Assembly: GCF_000223395.1 (NCBI RefSeq)
Contig: NC_015931.1
Location: forward strand, 990,001-1,022,000
Source of the DNA: Pyrolobus fumarii 1A
Lineage (GTDB): Archaea > Thermoproteota > Thermoprotei_A > Sulfolobales > Pyrodictiaceae
Direction of reading: 5' to 3'
Length of the DNA stretch: 32,000 nucleotides
Every line of letters starts with the position of its first letter. Within the stretch, counting starts at the first letter, position 1. The notes under the pieces were generated by a model. That model did no database searches. It saw only the letters and a list, made by a program, of their open reading frames with translations, and was not told the origin of the DNA. This document shows positions 7,987 to 16,997 of this stretch, piece by piece. Position numbers and translations under genes: made by a program.

Positions 7987-8343
7987 GTGGTAGTGAAGGG
8001 GAAATGTGTAAAGCTAGACAAGCGCCGCGTAACCCTCTTCACCATAGGGTATATACTATCGCCGTTATCGTTCTGGAACGACGCGTTTGTAAACATACCG
8101 ATATCGTACGTGGCGGCCCTCCTGGCCTCGATGCTGCTAGGCCCGGGTATCTTCCCACTAGCGTTCTTCACCGCGTACCTCGTGAGCAACATAGTCGGCC
8201 TTCTCATGATGCATATTGCTGTCAGGGGAGGCGTGGAGAGGAGTACAAGAGGCCTCATAGAAATGTTGGCCGCGGCGACACTCTACACGATACTAGCTAG
8301 CATGTTGTTCGAGGCTAGCCTCCCTGCTCAACAATCGCCTTAG
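7987..8343 (+). CDS. small membrane protein (about 118 aa)
   Basis: The hydrophobic C-terminal two thirds of track ORF 7741..8343 (FTIGYILSPLSFWNDAFVNIPISYVAALLASMLLGPGIFPLAFFTAYLVSNIVGLLMM) look genuinely coding. The 5' third overlaps rpoD in antisense, so I place the start at in-frame GTG 7987. The start is uncertain. Confidence 0.4.
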   Translation: MVVKGKCVKLDKRRVTLFTIGYILSPLSFWNDAFVNIPISYVAALLASMLLGPGIFPLAFFTAYLVSNIVGLLMMHIAVRGGVERSTRGLIEMLAAATLYTILASMLFEASLPAQQSP

Positions 8344-9391
8344 CGGTCTTCAGTACCTCCTCGGCGTACTCCATAGTCTTGGCGTTGCCGCCGAGATCCG
8401 GAGTTAGCACCTTACCCTCCTCTACCACGCGGTACAGGGCTTTCTCTAGAGCCTCTCCCAGCATGCGATACTTCTCTCCGAAGCCTCTGTCAGCCAGCCA
8501 GCGGAGCATGAGGGAGGCAGCGTGTAGGGCAGCAGTCGGGTTGGCTACACCCTTCCCGGCGATGTCGCGTGCTGTGCCGTGCACCGGCTCGAACATCGCG
8601 TGCCTATCGCCAATGTTGGCCGAGCCGAAGAGCCCCATTGTTCCCGCTACGCCAGCAGCAACATCGCTGAGGATATCGCCGTAGAGGTTCATGGTTACAA
8701 TGACGTCTAGCCTTTCTGGTGTACGGACTATGTAGTAGCCAGCAGCGTCCACAATCACGTCGTCGTACTCCACGCGCCCCTCGTACTTCTTGGCAACCTC
8801 CTGGAACACGCGCAGATATAGGCCATCGGCAAGCTTCAATATGTTGGCCTTATGGACGAGCGAGACCCTCCTCCTACCCCAGGATAGCGCGAGGCGAAAC
8901 GCGAAATCAATCACCCTCTCAGCCGCCCTCCTCGTGGACACTTTCACTGCGAAAGCCGCGTCGCCAGTCTCCCACTCTACCTGCGAGTAGAGGCCCTCCG
9001 TGTTCTCCCTCACAATGATAATGTCGATCTTTGGGTTTAGGGCAACACGTGGATATGCGCGGAACGGGCGCAGGTTAGCATACAGTTCCAGACTCTTGCG
9101 TAGCATCACATTAACGCTCCTATAGCCAGTTGCCTTCGGGGTTTCAATAGGCCCCTTGAATATAGCGTCAACACTCTTAGCGAGATCGAGAAGATCATCC
9201 TGGTACGGCTTGCCAGTCTTCTGGTAGTAATCCCAACCCGCCTGAGCCTCGACAATCTCCATGTCGACGCCAAGCCCCTCTAGAACGTGGAGCGCCGCAT
9301 TCACAACCTCCGGGCCCACGCCATCGCCGCGAATGACGAGGATGCGTGGCTTCGCCACGATGCCACCCCAGCCGGCACCCGAGAGACACAC
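8315..9391 (-). CDS. isocitrate / homoisocitrate / 3-isopropylmalate dehydrogenase family enzyme
   Basis: Family signatures are present: ILVIRGDGVGPEV, YRSVNVMLRKSLELYANLRP, IIVRENTEGLY, NLYGDILSDVAAGVAGTMGLFGSANIG and FEPVHGTARDIAGKGVANP. Substrate specificity cannot be assigned by eye. The likely start is GTG 9358 (VAKPRILVI). Confidence 0.88.
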   Translation of the reverse strand: MCLSGAGWGGIVAKPRILVIRGDGVGPEVVNAALHVLEGLGVDMEIVEAQAGWDYYQKTGKPYQDDLLDLAKSVDAIFKGPIETPKATGYRSVNVMLRKSLELYANLRPFRAYPRVALNPKIDIIIVRENTEGLYSQVEWETGDAAFAVKVSTRRAAERVIDFAFRLALSWGRRRVSLVHKANILKLADGLYLRVFQEVAKKYEGRVEYDDVIVDAAGYYIVRTPERLDVIVTMNLYGDILSDVAAGVAGTMGLFGSANIGDRHAMFEPVHGTARDIAGKGVANPTAALHAASLMLRWLADRGFGEKYRMLGEALEKALYRVVEEGKVLTPDLGGNAKTMEYAEEVLKTAKAIVEQGG

Positions 9392-9394
9392 GGT

Positions 9395-10087
9395 TTAAGC
9401 AGAGCCCTTCTCTTCCAACCGAGCATCCTCAATAACATACTGGTAGTGGTCGGGCGCCACTCTCACAACCCTACCCTTTACTACGAGTCTCTTACGGAAC
9501 AACGGCGCGTCGAGCACGAGCGTCTCGGCCTCGCCACCCTCAAACGCGGGGTTGAAGCCGTAGATGCGAGCCCTCCGGATTATATCCTCGACAATCTCGC
9601 GTGTCACTGGTTTACCCAGATACTCCGGTGGTAGGCCGTAAGCCTGGACGCTGGTCAGTATGAAGACAAATCCGTCTTCGACCAGCCACCTCATGTACTC
9701 CGCTTGGTCTACACCCCAGATGGGCGTTATGACCTCGAGTCCAGCTTCATAAGCGGCTGTTGCGAACCTAAGCCTCTGATAGTCACTTGCAGTGGCACCT
9801 GCCACAACAACACTACAGCCACACTCTCTCCTAGCCCTGCGAAAAGCCTCAACGGTATCAGCATACTCATCGCCAGTGACCTCGTGGTACAGCACGGGTA
9901 TACCCATAGCCTCACTGTGAAGCCTAACGAGATCGACGTTAGGATAATGGAAGAGCATGGAGTCCCAGCCGCGGGCACGGAAAGTGATAAGGCACGCTGG
10001 TTCAAGTCCATGCATCACAGCCCAGTGTAGCGAGTAACAACTATCCTTGCCCCCCGTGTACATCGCGCAGAACTTGATACTCTTCAA
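9395..10087 (-). CDS. PP-loop ATPase of the MJ0570/DUF71 family (diphthine-ammonia ligase Dph6-like)
   Basis: The N-terminal FCAMYTGGKDSCYSLHWAV matches the SGGKDS PP-loop of MJ0570-type ATP pyrophosphatases. The size of 230 aa is consistent with the archaeal single-domain form. Confidence 0.8.
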   Translation of the reverse strand: MKSIKFCAMYTGGKDSCYSLHWAVMHGLEPACLITFRARGWDSMLFHYPNVDLVRLHSEAMGIPVLYHEVTGDEYADTVEAFRRARRECGCSVVVAGATASDYQRLRFATAAYEAGLEVITPIWGVDQAEYMRWLVEDGFVFILTSVQAYGLPPEYLGKPVTREIVEDIIRRARIYGFNPAFEGGEAETLVLDAPLFRKRLVVKGRVVRVAPDHYQYVIEDARLEEKGSA

Positions 10088-10465
10088 TCCGCTTTGCCCC
10101 TAGGGCGTGTGACCACACCAGCCAGACTTTACGCTGAGACCCAGCAAGAGACTGCGAAGAGTGTCGTCCCCTTCAAGTGTGTCTCGGGGTGAGAGAATCG
10201 CGGAATCGTGTGAGGCTAGTGTGACGGGGCGGCTAGGATTGGGGTTGTGTAGAAGAGTTGTGCACCCGAGATCGGACCCGGCGCCATATCACCCCGCATG
10301 CAGCGGGGTTCATCTCGTCCGCCGGGCCACCACCCCCCGCAAGTTGAGGTAGTTCCTCCGCGAGGGTATTTGTTTGTTCAAGCTTCGAACTTTTCGTTAA
10401 TTAGTTTTGCTGTGGATCCTACATGTGATGATGGAGAGTAATGTCGTTAAATAGCGACTTGTATC

Positions 10466-10894
10466 GTGTTGCGGCTTCACCAGGGAGAGGGATTGGGGTT
10501 ACTAAGGCTTACATCGAAATCCGAACTTGATCGGGTCATACGCGGGTCTCGGTTCGCTCTTGTGGTCTTCACGGGTCTAGCATGCCCGGCCTGTGAGATG
10601 TACAAGCCCGTACTCGAGAAGCTAGCGGAGCTCGTGGGCAAGGATATGCCCGTTGTAGAGTACGTCGTTGACTACGATCCTGAGCCCGCTCTAGAGCTTG
10701 GCATTATGGGGACTCCAACGACGGTGGTATATGTCGACGGTAAGCCGGTAGAGGGATTCGTTGGCGCCGTGGATCTTCCCGACCTTCTCGAGTTTCTCGC
10801 CAAGGTGGCGTCCAAGAGTGACAAACAGCTAGCAGAGAAGCTCGAGAAGCTTGCTGAGAAGGTCAAGCCCCTCTATGGCGGTCTCTACTGGTAG
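10466..10894 (+). CDS. thioredoxin-fold protein (CPAC active site)
   Basis: ALVVFTGLACPACEMYKPVLEKLA plus the cis-Pro loop GIMGTPTTVVYVDGKP form a classic thioredoxin motif arrangement. The C-terminal tail is charged (KQLAEKLEKLAEKVK). The start is TTG and uncertain. Confidence 0.8.
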   Translation: MLRLHQGEGLGLLRLTSKSELDRVIRGSRFALVVFTGLACPACEMYKPVLEKLAELVGKDMPVVEYVVDYDPEPALELGIMGTPTTVVYVDGKPVEGFVGAVDLPDLLEFLAKVASKSDKQLAEKLEKLAEKVKPLYGGLYW

Positions 10895-11015
10895 ACCTGC
10901 CGAGGAACAGCTCCAGTTAAGGATATGGTTGTCGCGACTGTCTCGTTCTTGCTCTCCCCCACGTGACGCTTAAAGGGAGTTTGGGTTTCTCGCCGCGCAA
11001 CTGGGGTTAGTCGCG

Positions 11016-11411
11016 TTGGCCATCACGACCACGGCGGTTAACGACGCGGTTGGGCTCGCAGCTAGTCTAATGAGGGAGGTCTCGCAGCACGGCCTCGACA
11101 AGATATACGTGATCGACCGTGGCTTCTGGAGTAGGCTCTTCGACTGGGCTACCCGCAACTACGGCATCTTCCGCTTCACCGGCGAGGGCTTCGAGATCGT
11201 CATTTCGAGGCATAGCTTCCCGTGGGGCTATCTCCGTGCGCGTGTCTTCGACTGCTACATCGAGGGGATACTCAGGTTTAGGCAGAAGAAGGTGTACTTC
11301 AAGCCGCTCAGGATAGAGGGCGAGTGCAAACTATACAGTGCACAGGCTGATGCTCTAGGTGCTGTGAAGGGTGGCGTGGAGCCGGTAGACCCAGAGGAGG
11401 TCGAGTGGTGA
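11016..11411 (+). CDS. hypothetical protein (131 aa)
   Basis: The ORF has plausible amino-acid composition, and its stop abuts the open frame of the downstream permease. I recognise no motif. Confidence 0.45.
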   Translation: MAITTTAVNDAVGLAASLMREVSQHGLDKIYVIDRGFWSRLFDWATRNYGIFRFTGEGFEIVISRHSFPWGYLRARVFDCYIEGILRFRQKKVYFKPLRIEGECKLYSAQADALGAVKGGVEPVDPEEVEW

Positions 11412-11553
11412 AGGAACCCTGACCCCTCAACAGATAGTCGTCATTGTTTCTTTCATCGCTCTCTTCCTGGGCTCTGCCCTCATAGGTGAGGGTAGAAGGG
11501 TAGGGAGAGTCACGTTATACCGTTGGCACCTGGCTATCGCGCTGGCATGTCTA

Positions 11554-12741
11554 GTGGTTCTCGCTGGTGCAGTTGACCCAAGCAAGCTGCCACACTATGT
11601 TAATCTCGATGTGCTGGGGCTGGTCTATCTAATGAGCATCGTGACCGGGTATCTTGAGATATCTGGGGTGGCAGAGCTAGTCGCTGCTAGAGTCTCAAAA
11701 CTAGGCGGCAAACAGGCAGTATTCTGGATGCTAATGGCGTCTGGTGGGCTTAGCCTCCTCCTAGAAAACGTTAGTGTAGTGTACCTCTTTGCGCCTGTAG
11801 CGCTGAAACTCGCACAACGAGTCGGTGTTGACCCAGTTGCTGTGGTGGTCGGCGTAGCCCTCTCCTCGGATATGGCTGGCTCGGCCACAATGATAGGCGA
11901 CCCGCCTGCAATAATAACGGCCGGTTACCTCAACCTAAACTTCATGGACTTCATTATATACAAGGGTCGTCCGTCCATGTTCTTCTACACAGTCGCGGCG
12001 ATGGTAGCAGCTTGTATGGTTGTAGCGACGCTTGCAGCCAGGCGAGCTACTCGCGCAGGGGGGCATAGCATCAAGCCCAACAACGAGGGTAATGCGGTGT
12101 TTGCGGTTGACAGAGTGTTTCTACTAGAAGTGACGGTGTTCGTGATAGCAAAGATAGTACTCCTTAGCATACGCGACCAGATACACATTCCATTGACACT
12201 TGCAGCACTAGTAGCGGTTGGCGGCATCACACTTACACGAATACTCATACACCGTGACACGCGGAGTGTAAAGGAGGCCATCTCGAAGCATGACATCGAG
12301 ACGCCATTATTCCTTGCGGGCGTCTTCGTGATATCCGGGGCGTTTGTCGAGACAGGCCTGGCTAGCCAGCTGGCAAACTTGCTGCTGAGCATCTCTGGCG
12401 GCGACGTGCGACGCCTAGCGCTCCTGTTGATTGCCGTCTCCGTACTAGCTTCCGCTGTTATATACAACACGCCATACGTTGCAGCGATGCTGCCCGTCGT
12501 GGTCGAGCTTGCGAGGAATGTTGGCGCCGACCCAGTCATGCTAGCCTGGGCTCTCCTAATCGGAGCGACACTTGGAGGAACACTCACCTACATAGGCGCC
12601 ATGGGCAACTATGCGGCGGTAAGGTTCCTGGCGGCGCGTGGCTACCCGGTCGGGTTCACGAAGTTCGCGTCGATATCTGTACCATTTACGCTAGTGAGCG
12701 TGCTGATAGGCACGATACTATACATCATCTCGTGGTGGTGA
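11554..12741 (+). CDS. ArsB/NhaD/CitMHS-superfamily anion or ion permease
   Basis: The protein is polytopic. It carries the family signatures LSLLLENVSVVYLFAPVALKLA (SaflsNdat...P) and SSDMAGSATMIGDPPAII (aNiGGaaTpiGdPpN), plus a duplicated C-terminal half. The frame stays open and TM-like upstream to 11389 without a canonical start (see findings). Confidence 0.75.
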   Translation: MVLAGAVDPSKLPHYVNLDVLGLVYLMSIVTGYLEISGVAELVAARVSKLGGKQAVFWMLMASGGLSLLLENVSVVYLFAPVALKLAQRVGVDPVAVVVGVALSSDMAGSATMIGDPPAIITAGYLNLNFMDFIIYKGRPSMFFYTVAAMVAACMVVATLAARRATRAGGHSIKPNNEGNAVFAVDRVFLLEVTVFVIAKIVLLSIRDQIHIPLTLAALVAVGGITLTRILIHRDTRSVKEAISKHDIETPLFLAGVFVISGAFVETGLASQLANLLLSISGGDVRRLALLLIAVSVLASAVIYNTPYVAAMLPVVVELARNVGADPVMLAWALLIGATLGGTLTYIGAMGNYAAVRFLAARGYPVGFTKFASISVPFTLVSVLIGTILYIISWW

Positions 12742-12955
12742 GGAGCGGCTCGGCACGGCTCTTCCGTCAGCATCCCCGCGGCTCTCAGCGTGGGGCCGCG
12801 GGCTTCTATCGTCGCAGGCGATCCTCACCGCCGTAACTCCAGAGGTGATAGTGATAGGGGTTTGTGCATTGCGCTTCTCAGCTTGGGTATCACTCTCGGT
12901 TTATGGCTGTGAGTAACGGTTATGAGCGTGACACCTTATAACCTAGTTCTGCGAG

Positions 12956-14410
12956 GTGAGCACTGGGATGCGCATGGTGGTGTGGCGGGCTCTACTCCTG
13001 CTCGCACTACTAGCGGTGGCGGCGCTAGCAATCCCCGTGGCAGCTGAAGAGAAGAACGTGATAGTCATTGGCCTCACCAAGTCGAGCGGCAAGTACGAGA
13101 GAGAGTCGACAGAGCAGTTGCGCGGCATCCTCCTATGGGCCAAGTGGGTCAACGAGACCGGTGGCATCAAGGTCGGCGACAAGACGTATTATGTGCGCAT
13201 AGTCTACTATGACGACCAGTCTAAGAAGGACCTGGTGCAGCAGCTCTATGAGAAGCTGATAACGCAGGACAAGGTAGACTTCCTCTTCAGCCCCTATAGC
13301 AGCGGTCTCTCGATGGCAGCGGTTCCCATAGCGGAGAAGTACGGCGTTCCGATCGTCGTTGTGGGCGCGGCCAGCGACAAGATATTCACCGACCTGAAGC
13401 CAAAGTGCGCCTTCCAGATATACACGCCGGCATCCAAGTACCTGACGTCCAGCTTAGACCTCGTCAAGAAGTACATGCCGAACGCGAAGGTCTACATCCT
13501 CTACGAGGATACGACCTTTGCAGCCACCGTAGCTGAGGCCGCCAAGGCCTATGCCGAGAAGATAGGTCTAGAAGTGGTTGGGTACGAGAGCTACCCACGT
13601 GACGTCAAGGACTTCACCGCTGCTCTGGAGCGCGTCCGCGCCAGCGGTGCAACTGTGCTAATCGGCGGCGGTCACTACCGTGATGGCCTCCTCCTAGCAA
13701 AGCAGATTAGGGAGCTAGGTCTCGACGAGCAGCTCAAGTTCGTATCGCTGCTGGTGGCTGTCGACCTCCCAAGCTTCTACAAGGACATGGGTGAGGCTGC
13801 CAACGGATTCGCTGGGCCAAGTCAGTGGGAGCCCAAAGTCAAATACACACCGGAGCTTGCAAAGAAGCTAGGCATCAAGTGGATCGGCCCTACTGTCGAC
13901 GAGTTTGTAAAGATGTACCGTGAGGCTTACGGCACCGACCCCGGCTACCACGCTGCAGGAGGCTTCGCTGCAGGCCTGTTCCTACAGGCTGCGATAGAGG
14001 CGGCCGGTAGTATAGACCGCATGGCAGTGTGCAACGCCGCAAAGAAGCTAGACATACTCACCTTCTTCGGCAGACTAGCGGTTGACCCAGAGACGGGGCT
14101 GCAAGTAGCCCACGAGATGGTTGTCGTCCAGTGGCAGAATGGCGCGAAGGAGGTGATATGGCCAGAATCGGCGGCCACAGCCAAGCCGATAACGCTCAAG
14201 GGCGAGCCGCTCGCACCGGCAAAGGAGCAGGTAAAGGAGCAGACGACGAGCGTTGCCACCGAGACCCCGGCAACTAGGGCGAAGACAACGCCGAGCACAA
14301 CCACTGCCGAGGCCGCCACGGGCACCGACATGACGATAATAATAATCGGCGTCATCGTCGCTATAATCGTGCTTGGCTTCCTAGCCTGGTATATCCGCGC
14401 GAGAGAGTAA
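12956..14410 (+). CDS. ABC transporter substrate-binding protein, LivJ / Peripla_BP_6 type (branched-chain amino acid-like)
   Basis: A signal peptide (ALLLLALLAVAALAIPVAA) is followed by the LivJ-like core (IKVGDKTYYVRIVYYDDQSKKD...FSPYSSGLSMAAVPIAEKYGVP...). A Thr/Ala-rich linker (TTSVATETPATRAKTTPSTTTAEAATGT) and a C-terminal TM anchor follow, as is typical of archaeal binding proteins. Confidence 0.85.
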   Translation: MSTGMRMVVWRALLLLALLAVAALAIPVAAEEKNVIVIGLTKSSGKYERESTEQLRGILLWAKWVNETGGIKVGDKTYYVRIVYYDDQSKKDLVQQLYEKLITQDKVDFLFSPYSSGLSMAAVPIAEKYGVPIVVVGAASDKIFTDLKPKCAFQIYTPASKYLTSSLDLVKKYMPNAKVYILYEDTTFAATVAEAAKAYAEKIGLEVVGYESYPRDVKDFTAALERVRASGATVLIGGGHYRDGLLLAKQIRELGLDEQLKFVSLLVAVDLPSFYKDMGEAANGFAGPSQWEPKVKYTPELAKKLGIKWIGPTVDEFVKMYREAYGTDPGYHAAGGFAAGLFLQAAIEAAGSIDRMAVCNAAKKLDILTFFGRLAVDPETGLQVAHEMVVVQWQNGAKEVIWPESAATAKPITLKGEPLAPAKEQVKEQTTSVATETPATRAKTTPSTTTAEAATGTDMTIIIIGVIVAIIVLGFLAWYIRARE

Positions 14411-14497
14411 ACACTATGCACAAGATAGCCGGGTGGAAGACCCGCACCCCTAACTCACTTATTTTTCTCTCTGGCCTCGTGCTGTCGCACCTCTCGG

Positions 14498-15388
14498 GTG
14501 CAGCTCGTGCAGCTGCCGGGGCCCACGGTATGGGTGAACGGTATCCTACTGGGAGGTGTCTACGCGCTAGCTAGCATAGGATTAGCCGTCTCGTGGGGCA
14601 CATCACGCGTGATAAACCTTGCTCATGGAGCGTTTCTAATCCTGGGTAGCTACATCGCACTTCAGCTCCACGAGAGCCTTGGCATACATCCTTTGCTGGC
14701 TGTGCCCATTGCGGCAGTGCTCGGGTTTGCACTAGGCTACCTGCTATACTACCTAGTCCTCCATAGGGTGGCCGAGAACGATATCATGTCGCTACTCGCA
14801 ACCTTCGGTTTAAGCCTAGTGTTGTATGCAGTCATGCTAGGCGTGTGGGGCCCCGATGCGAGAACGATAATGTGGGCCTCGGGGAGCATATGCTTGTCCC
14901 TAGGCGGCACTATGCTGATTGTCATGCTGAGCAAGCTCTATGCGTTCCTCGCGTCGCTGGTCGCCATCACAGTAGTCTATGCTGTGTTGAAGTGGAGTAG
15001 TGTAGGTAGGGCGATGAGGGCTCTCGCCCAGAGCTTTGAAGCAGCACGGATAGTCGGCATTGACCCGAGGAGTATAGGCGCAATAGCATTCGGCCTGGCT
15101 CTCGCCGTCACAATGACCTCTGGCGTCATGGTTACAGCGTACACGAGCTTCACGCCAGACTCGGGCGGCATATGGCTCATGGTGTCGTTCGCGGTTGTGG
15201 CGCTAGCCGGCCTGCGTAACATGCCGGGGCTGCTGGCAGCGGGCGTCATACTAGGCGTAGTGGCTTCCATCGCGGGCTTCAGCCTAGGCCTGATATACCA
15301 GGATGCGCTGCCGATGATACTGGTTGCTGTCGCGTTTGCGCTGAAGCCAGAGGGCGTATTGACAAAGATGAGGGTTAGGAGGGTTTAA
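14498..15388 (+). CDS. branched-chain amino acid ABC transporter permease (LivH type)
   Basis: GILLGGVYALASIGLAVSWGTSRVINLAHGAFLILGSY and the later RAMRALAQSFEAARIVGID match the LivH/BPD_transp_2 pattern. It has about 8 TM segments and is 296 aa. Confidence 0.88.
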   Translation: MQLVQLPGPTVWVNGILLGGVYALASIGLAVSWGTSRVINLAHGAFLILGSYIALQLHESLGIHPLLAVPIAAVLGFALGYLLYYLVLHRVAENDIMSLLATFGLSLVLYAVMLGVWGPDARTIMWASGSICLSLGGTMLIVMLSKLYAFLASLVAITVVYAVLKWSSVGRAMRALAQSFEAARIVGIDPRSIGAIAFGLALAVTMTSGVMVTAYTSFTPDSGGIWLMVSFAVVALAGLRNMPGLLAAGVILGVVASIAGFSLGLIYQDALPMILVAVAFALKPEGVLTKMRVRRV

Positions 15389-16493
15389 GCTGCGATAAGA
15401 GACGCTCCGCCAGTCTAACCCCCTCCTCAACCTTATTGCGCGGTATGAGCAGGTGCTCTCCCTGGTCTATCACCGGCTGGCCCGCGGCGATCACAGTCTC
15501 TACTCGCGGCTCGGCATCAAGCAGTAGCCTTGCTAGCGTGTCGGGGCGCGGCGGCAAGCCAGGCGGCAGGGATAGGTCGTAGACAACCAGGTCGCCGGGC
15601 ACGCCAGTCTCTATCACACCGCCCTCGAGGCGGTGAGCCTCAAACCCCCACCTCGTTACAGCCATGATGCTGTTAGTGTAGCCTAGCCCCTGCCATGCTG
15701 CGACAAGCGCTGCTCTGAGAGGATTCCCGATGCTGACAGCATCGAGGCCTAGCGCTACCGGCGGCTCGGGCGGAGAGGCGCCCGGAGACGGCACATAGAC
15801 ACGGCGCTCGAGACCAACACCGCGCAGCGCATGTAGAGCAACATCAACGCCTCCGGATGCACCGCTCGGTGGGTGACCGTGCACCTCGACTCCAAGCTCT
15901 TTCCGCAACTTCACTGCAAGCTCCAAATCCGAGCTTGTACAAGGCGATATAGCGACGCGTATCCGCTCGCTCTTCCTCTCGGCCAGTAACTGCAACTGCT
16001 CCTTCCAATCACTCCTAGAGTACTTGCAGCCCGGTAACGGTATCGCTACAACGCCCCTTACACCAGCATCCCTCATCGCCCGGACGACTGCCTCACCAAA
16101 CGGGTCAACAGCTTGTACCATGGTAACCCCGTGCATCGTTAGCTCGTAGAGGGCTAGGAGGGCAAGCGTGTAAGCCTCCCTCTCTGTGATAGCCTCGGCG
16201 AGCCTAGAGGCCAGCGGGTCGGAGGCAGGATCGCCATGTTCAAGGACGTGGCGTAGAGGGTAGAGGAGGAGATGGGTGTGTGCCGATGCGAACCCGGGGA
16301 TGACCAGCCTACCAGCACCACCTATCACGAGGTTAGCCGCCTCGTACTCGTAGGGGGGCTCGCCCTCTCCTACAGCGCGGATAACGCCAGCCTCTATGTA
16401 CACGAAGCCTTTGTGATGGAAGCGGTTAGAGCCAGGCGAGGCTATGGTCGAGTCATATACGAGTATAGACACGCCTTGCATGCGTGCCCCCAT
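15375..16493 (-). CDS. amidohydrolase superfamily protein (chlorohydrolase / nucleoside deaminase-like)
   Basis: The metal-binding N-terminal motif is present (VIPGFASAHTHLL), along with downstream His/Asp positions (VHGHP, VYDL). The likely start is the internal ATG (MQGVSILVY). Substrate is unknown. Confidence 0.8.
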   Translation of the reverse strand: MGARMQGVSILVYDSTIASPGSNRFHHKGFVYIEAGVIRAVGEGEPPYEYEAANLVIGGAGRLVIPGFASAHTHLLLYPLRHVLEHGDPASDPLASRLAEAITEREAYTLALLALYELTMHGVTMVQAVDPFGEAVVRAMRDAGVRGVVAIPLPGCKYSRSDWKEQLQLLAERKSERIRVAISPCTSSDLELAVKLRKELGVEVHGHPPSGASGGVDVALHALRGVGLERRVYVPSPGASPPEPPVALGLDAVSIGNPLRAALVAAWQGLGYTNSIMAVTRWGFEAHRLEGGVIETGVPGDLVVYDLSLPPGLPPRPDTLARLLLDAEPRVETVIAAGQPVIDQGEHLLIPRNKVEEGVRLAERLLSQLKPS

Positions 16494-16920
16494 TGCAGGG
16501 GTTAGGAAGCCTCAATAAGAGGCGCTCTACGGCGCTCCTAGACTCGCACTTTGCAGCAAGAAGCTCAAGCCTCTCGAGGCTCCGCCTGAAAGACTCGTTA
16601 TGGGATCTCAGACCACCCGTAAATCCATGCGGAATGTGAGCAAGCTCGTGGAGAAGAATCCTGAGCCTATCTCGGCGCGATAGCCTAGAATACACAGGGT
16701 ACACGACCTCGATCACGTAGAGTGGTGGGAGACCGAAAGCAACCTGGAATACTCTCGGCAAGCCCCAGATCCTCGCAGCAGCCTTGCTAGAAGAACAGCT
16801 AACAACAACACGCACGCGATTCACATCGAATCCCGGCAGCGCTTCGCTAAGGCACTTCGATACCAGTGTGCGCAGCGCCTCGGTACCCTCTCGCCAATCC
16901 ATGTACGGGACTCTACCCAT
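16453..16920 (-). CDS. putative zinc metallopeptidase (HExxH; DUF45/SprT-like)
   Basis: LLHELAHIPHGFTGGLRSHNESF contains HExxH plus a downstream His, as in small predicted metallopeptidases. The 3' end overlaps the amidohydrolase 5' end by up to 41 nt. Family assignment is tentative. Confidence 0.65.
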   Translation of the reverse strand: MGRVPYMDWREGTEALRTLVSKCLSEALPGFDVNRVRVVVSCSSSKAAARIWGLPRVFQVAFGLPPLYVIEVVYPVYSRLSRRDRLRILLHELAHIPHGFTGGLRSHNESFRRSLERLELLAAKCESRSAVERLLLRLPNPCNGGTHARRVYTRI

Positions 16921-16953
16921 GGCGGTATGCCCAAAAAGGCAAAAACGACAAGG

Positions 16954-16960
16954 TTATAAA
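16954..16960 (+). promoter_or_regulatory. putative TATA box for tRNA-Tyr
   Basis: TTATAAA is preceded by a purine-rich BRE-like stretch (AAAAACGACAAGG). It sits about 40 nt upstream of the first tRNA nucleotide, which is compatible with a short 5' leader. Confidence 0.4.
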
Positions 16961-16997
16961 GGGTTGAATGGAGCATCATCCCAAACGGCGGTCCGGT

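Noticed and set aside
10277-10332. tRNA-like 3' end (7-bp stem followed by CCACCA) and a GGTTCA sequence, possibly a split or degenerate tRNA
   Set aside because: The GGTTCATCTC segment has no complementary T-stem. Only about 36 nt lie between the stem strands, and no D arm or anticodon arm can be drawn.
10161-10352. 63-aa ORF in the long intergenic region
   Set aside because: Its composition is implausible (Ser/Arg/Pro/Cys-rich), it has no motif, and it overlaps the strong nested hairpin. I treat it as non-coding unless conservation shows otherwise.
10426-10432. C-box-like GTGATGA suggesting a C/D box sRNA
   Set aside because: No CTGA D box or D' box lies within the expected distance downstream, and there is no terminal stem. 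It lies just upstream of the thioredoxin start.
11985-12587. 200-aa antisense ORF inside the permease gene
   Set aside because: It lies fully inside a gene with clear family motifs, and its Ser/Thr/Ala/Arg-rich composition marks it as a shadow ORF. I made the same judgement for 13945..14421, 14977..15270, 17570..18124, 18072..18563, 18155..18454, 23957..24517, 27371..27694 and 29528..29896.
12780-12810. Inverted repeat CCCGCGGC...GCCGCGGG downstream of the permease as a terminator
   Set aside because: Archaeal termination mainly uses T-tracts, and none follows this hairpin. A single 8-bp GC palindrome in GC-rich DNA is weak evidence.
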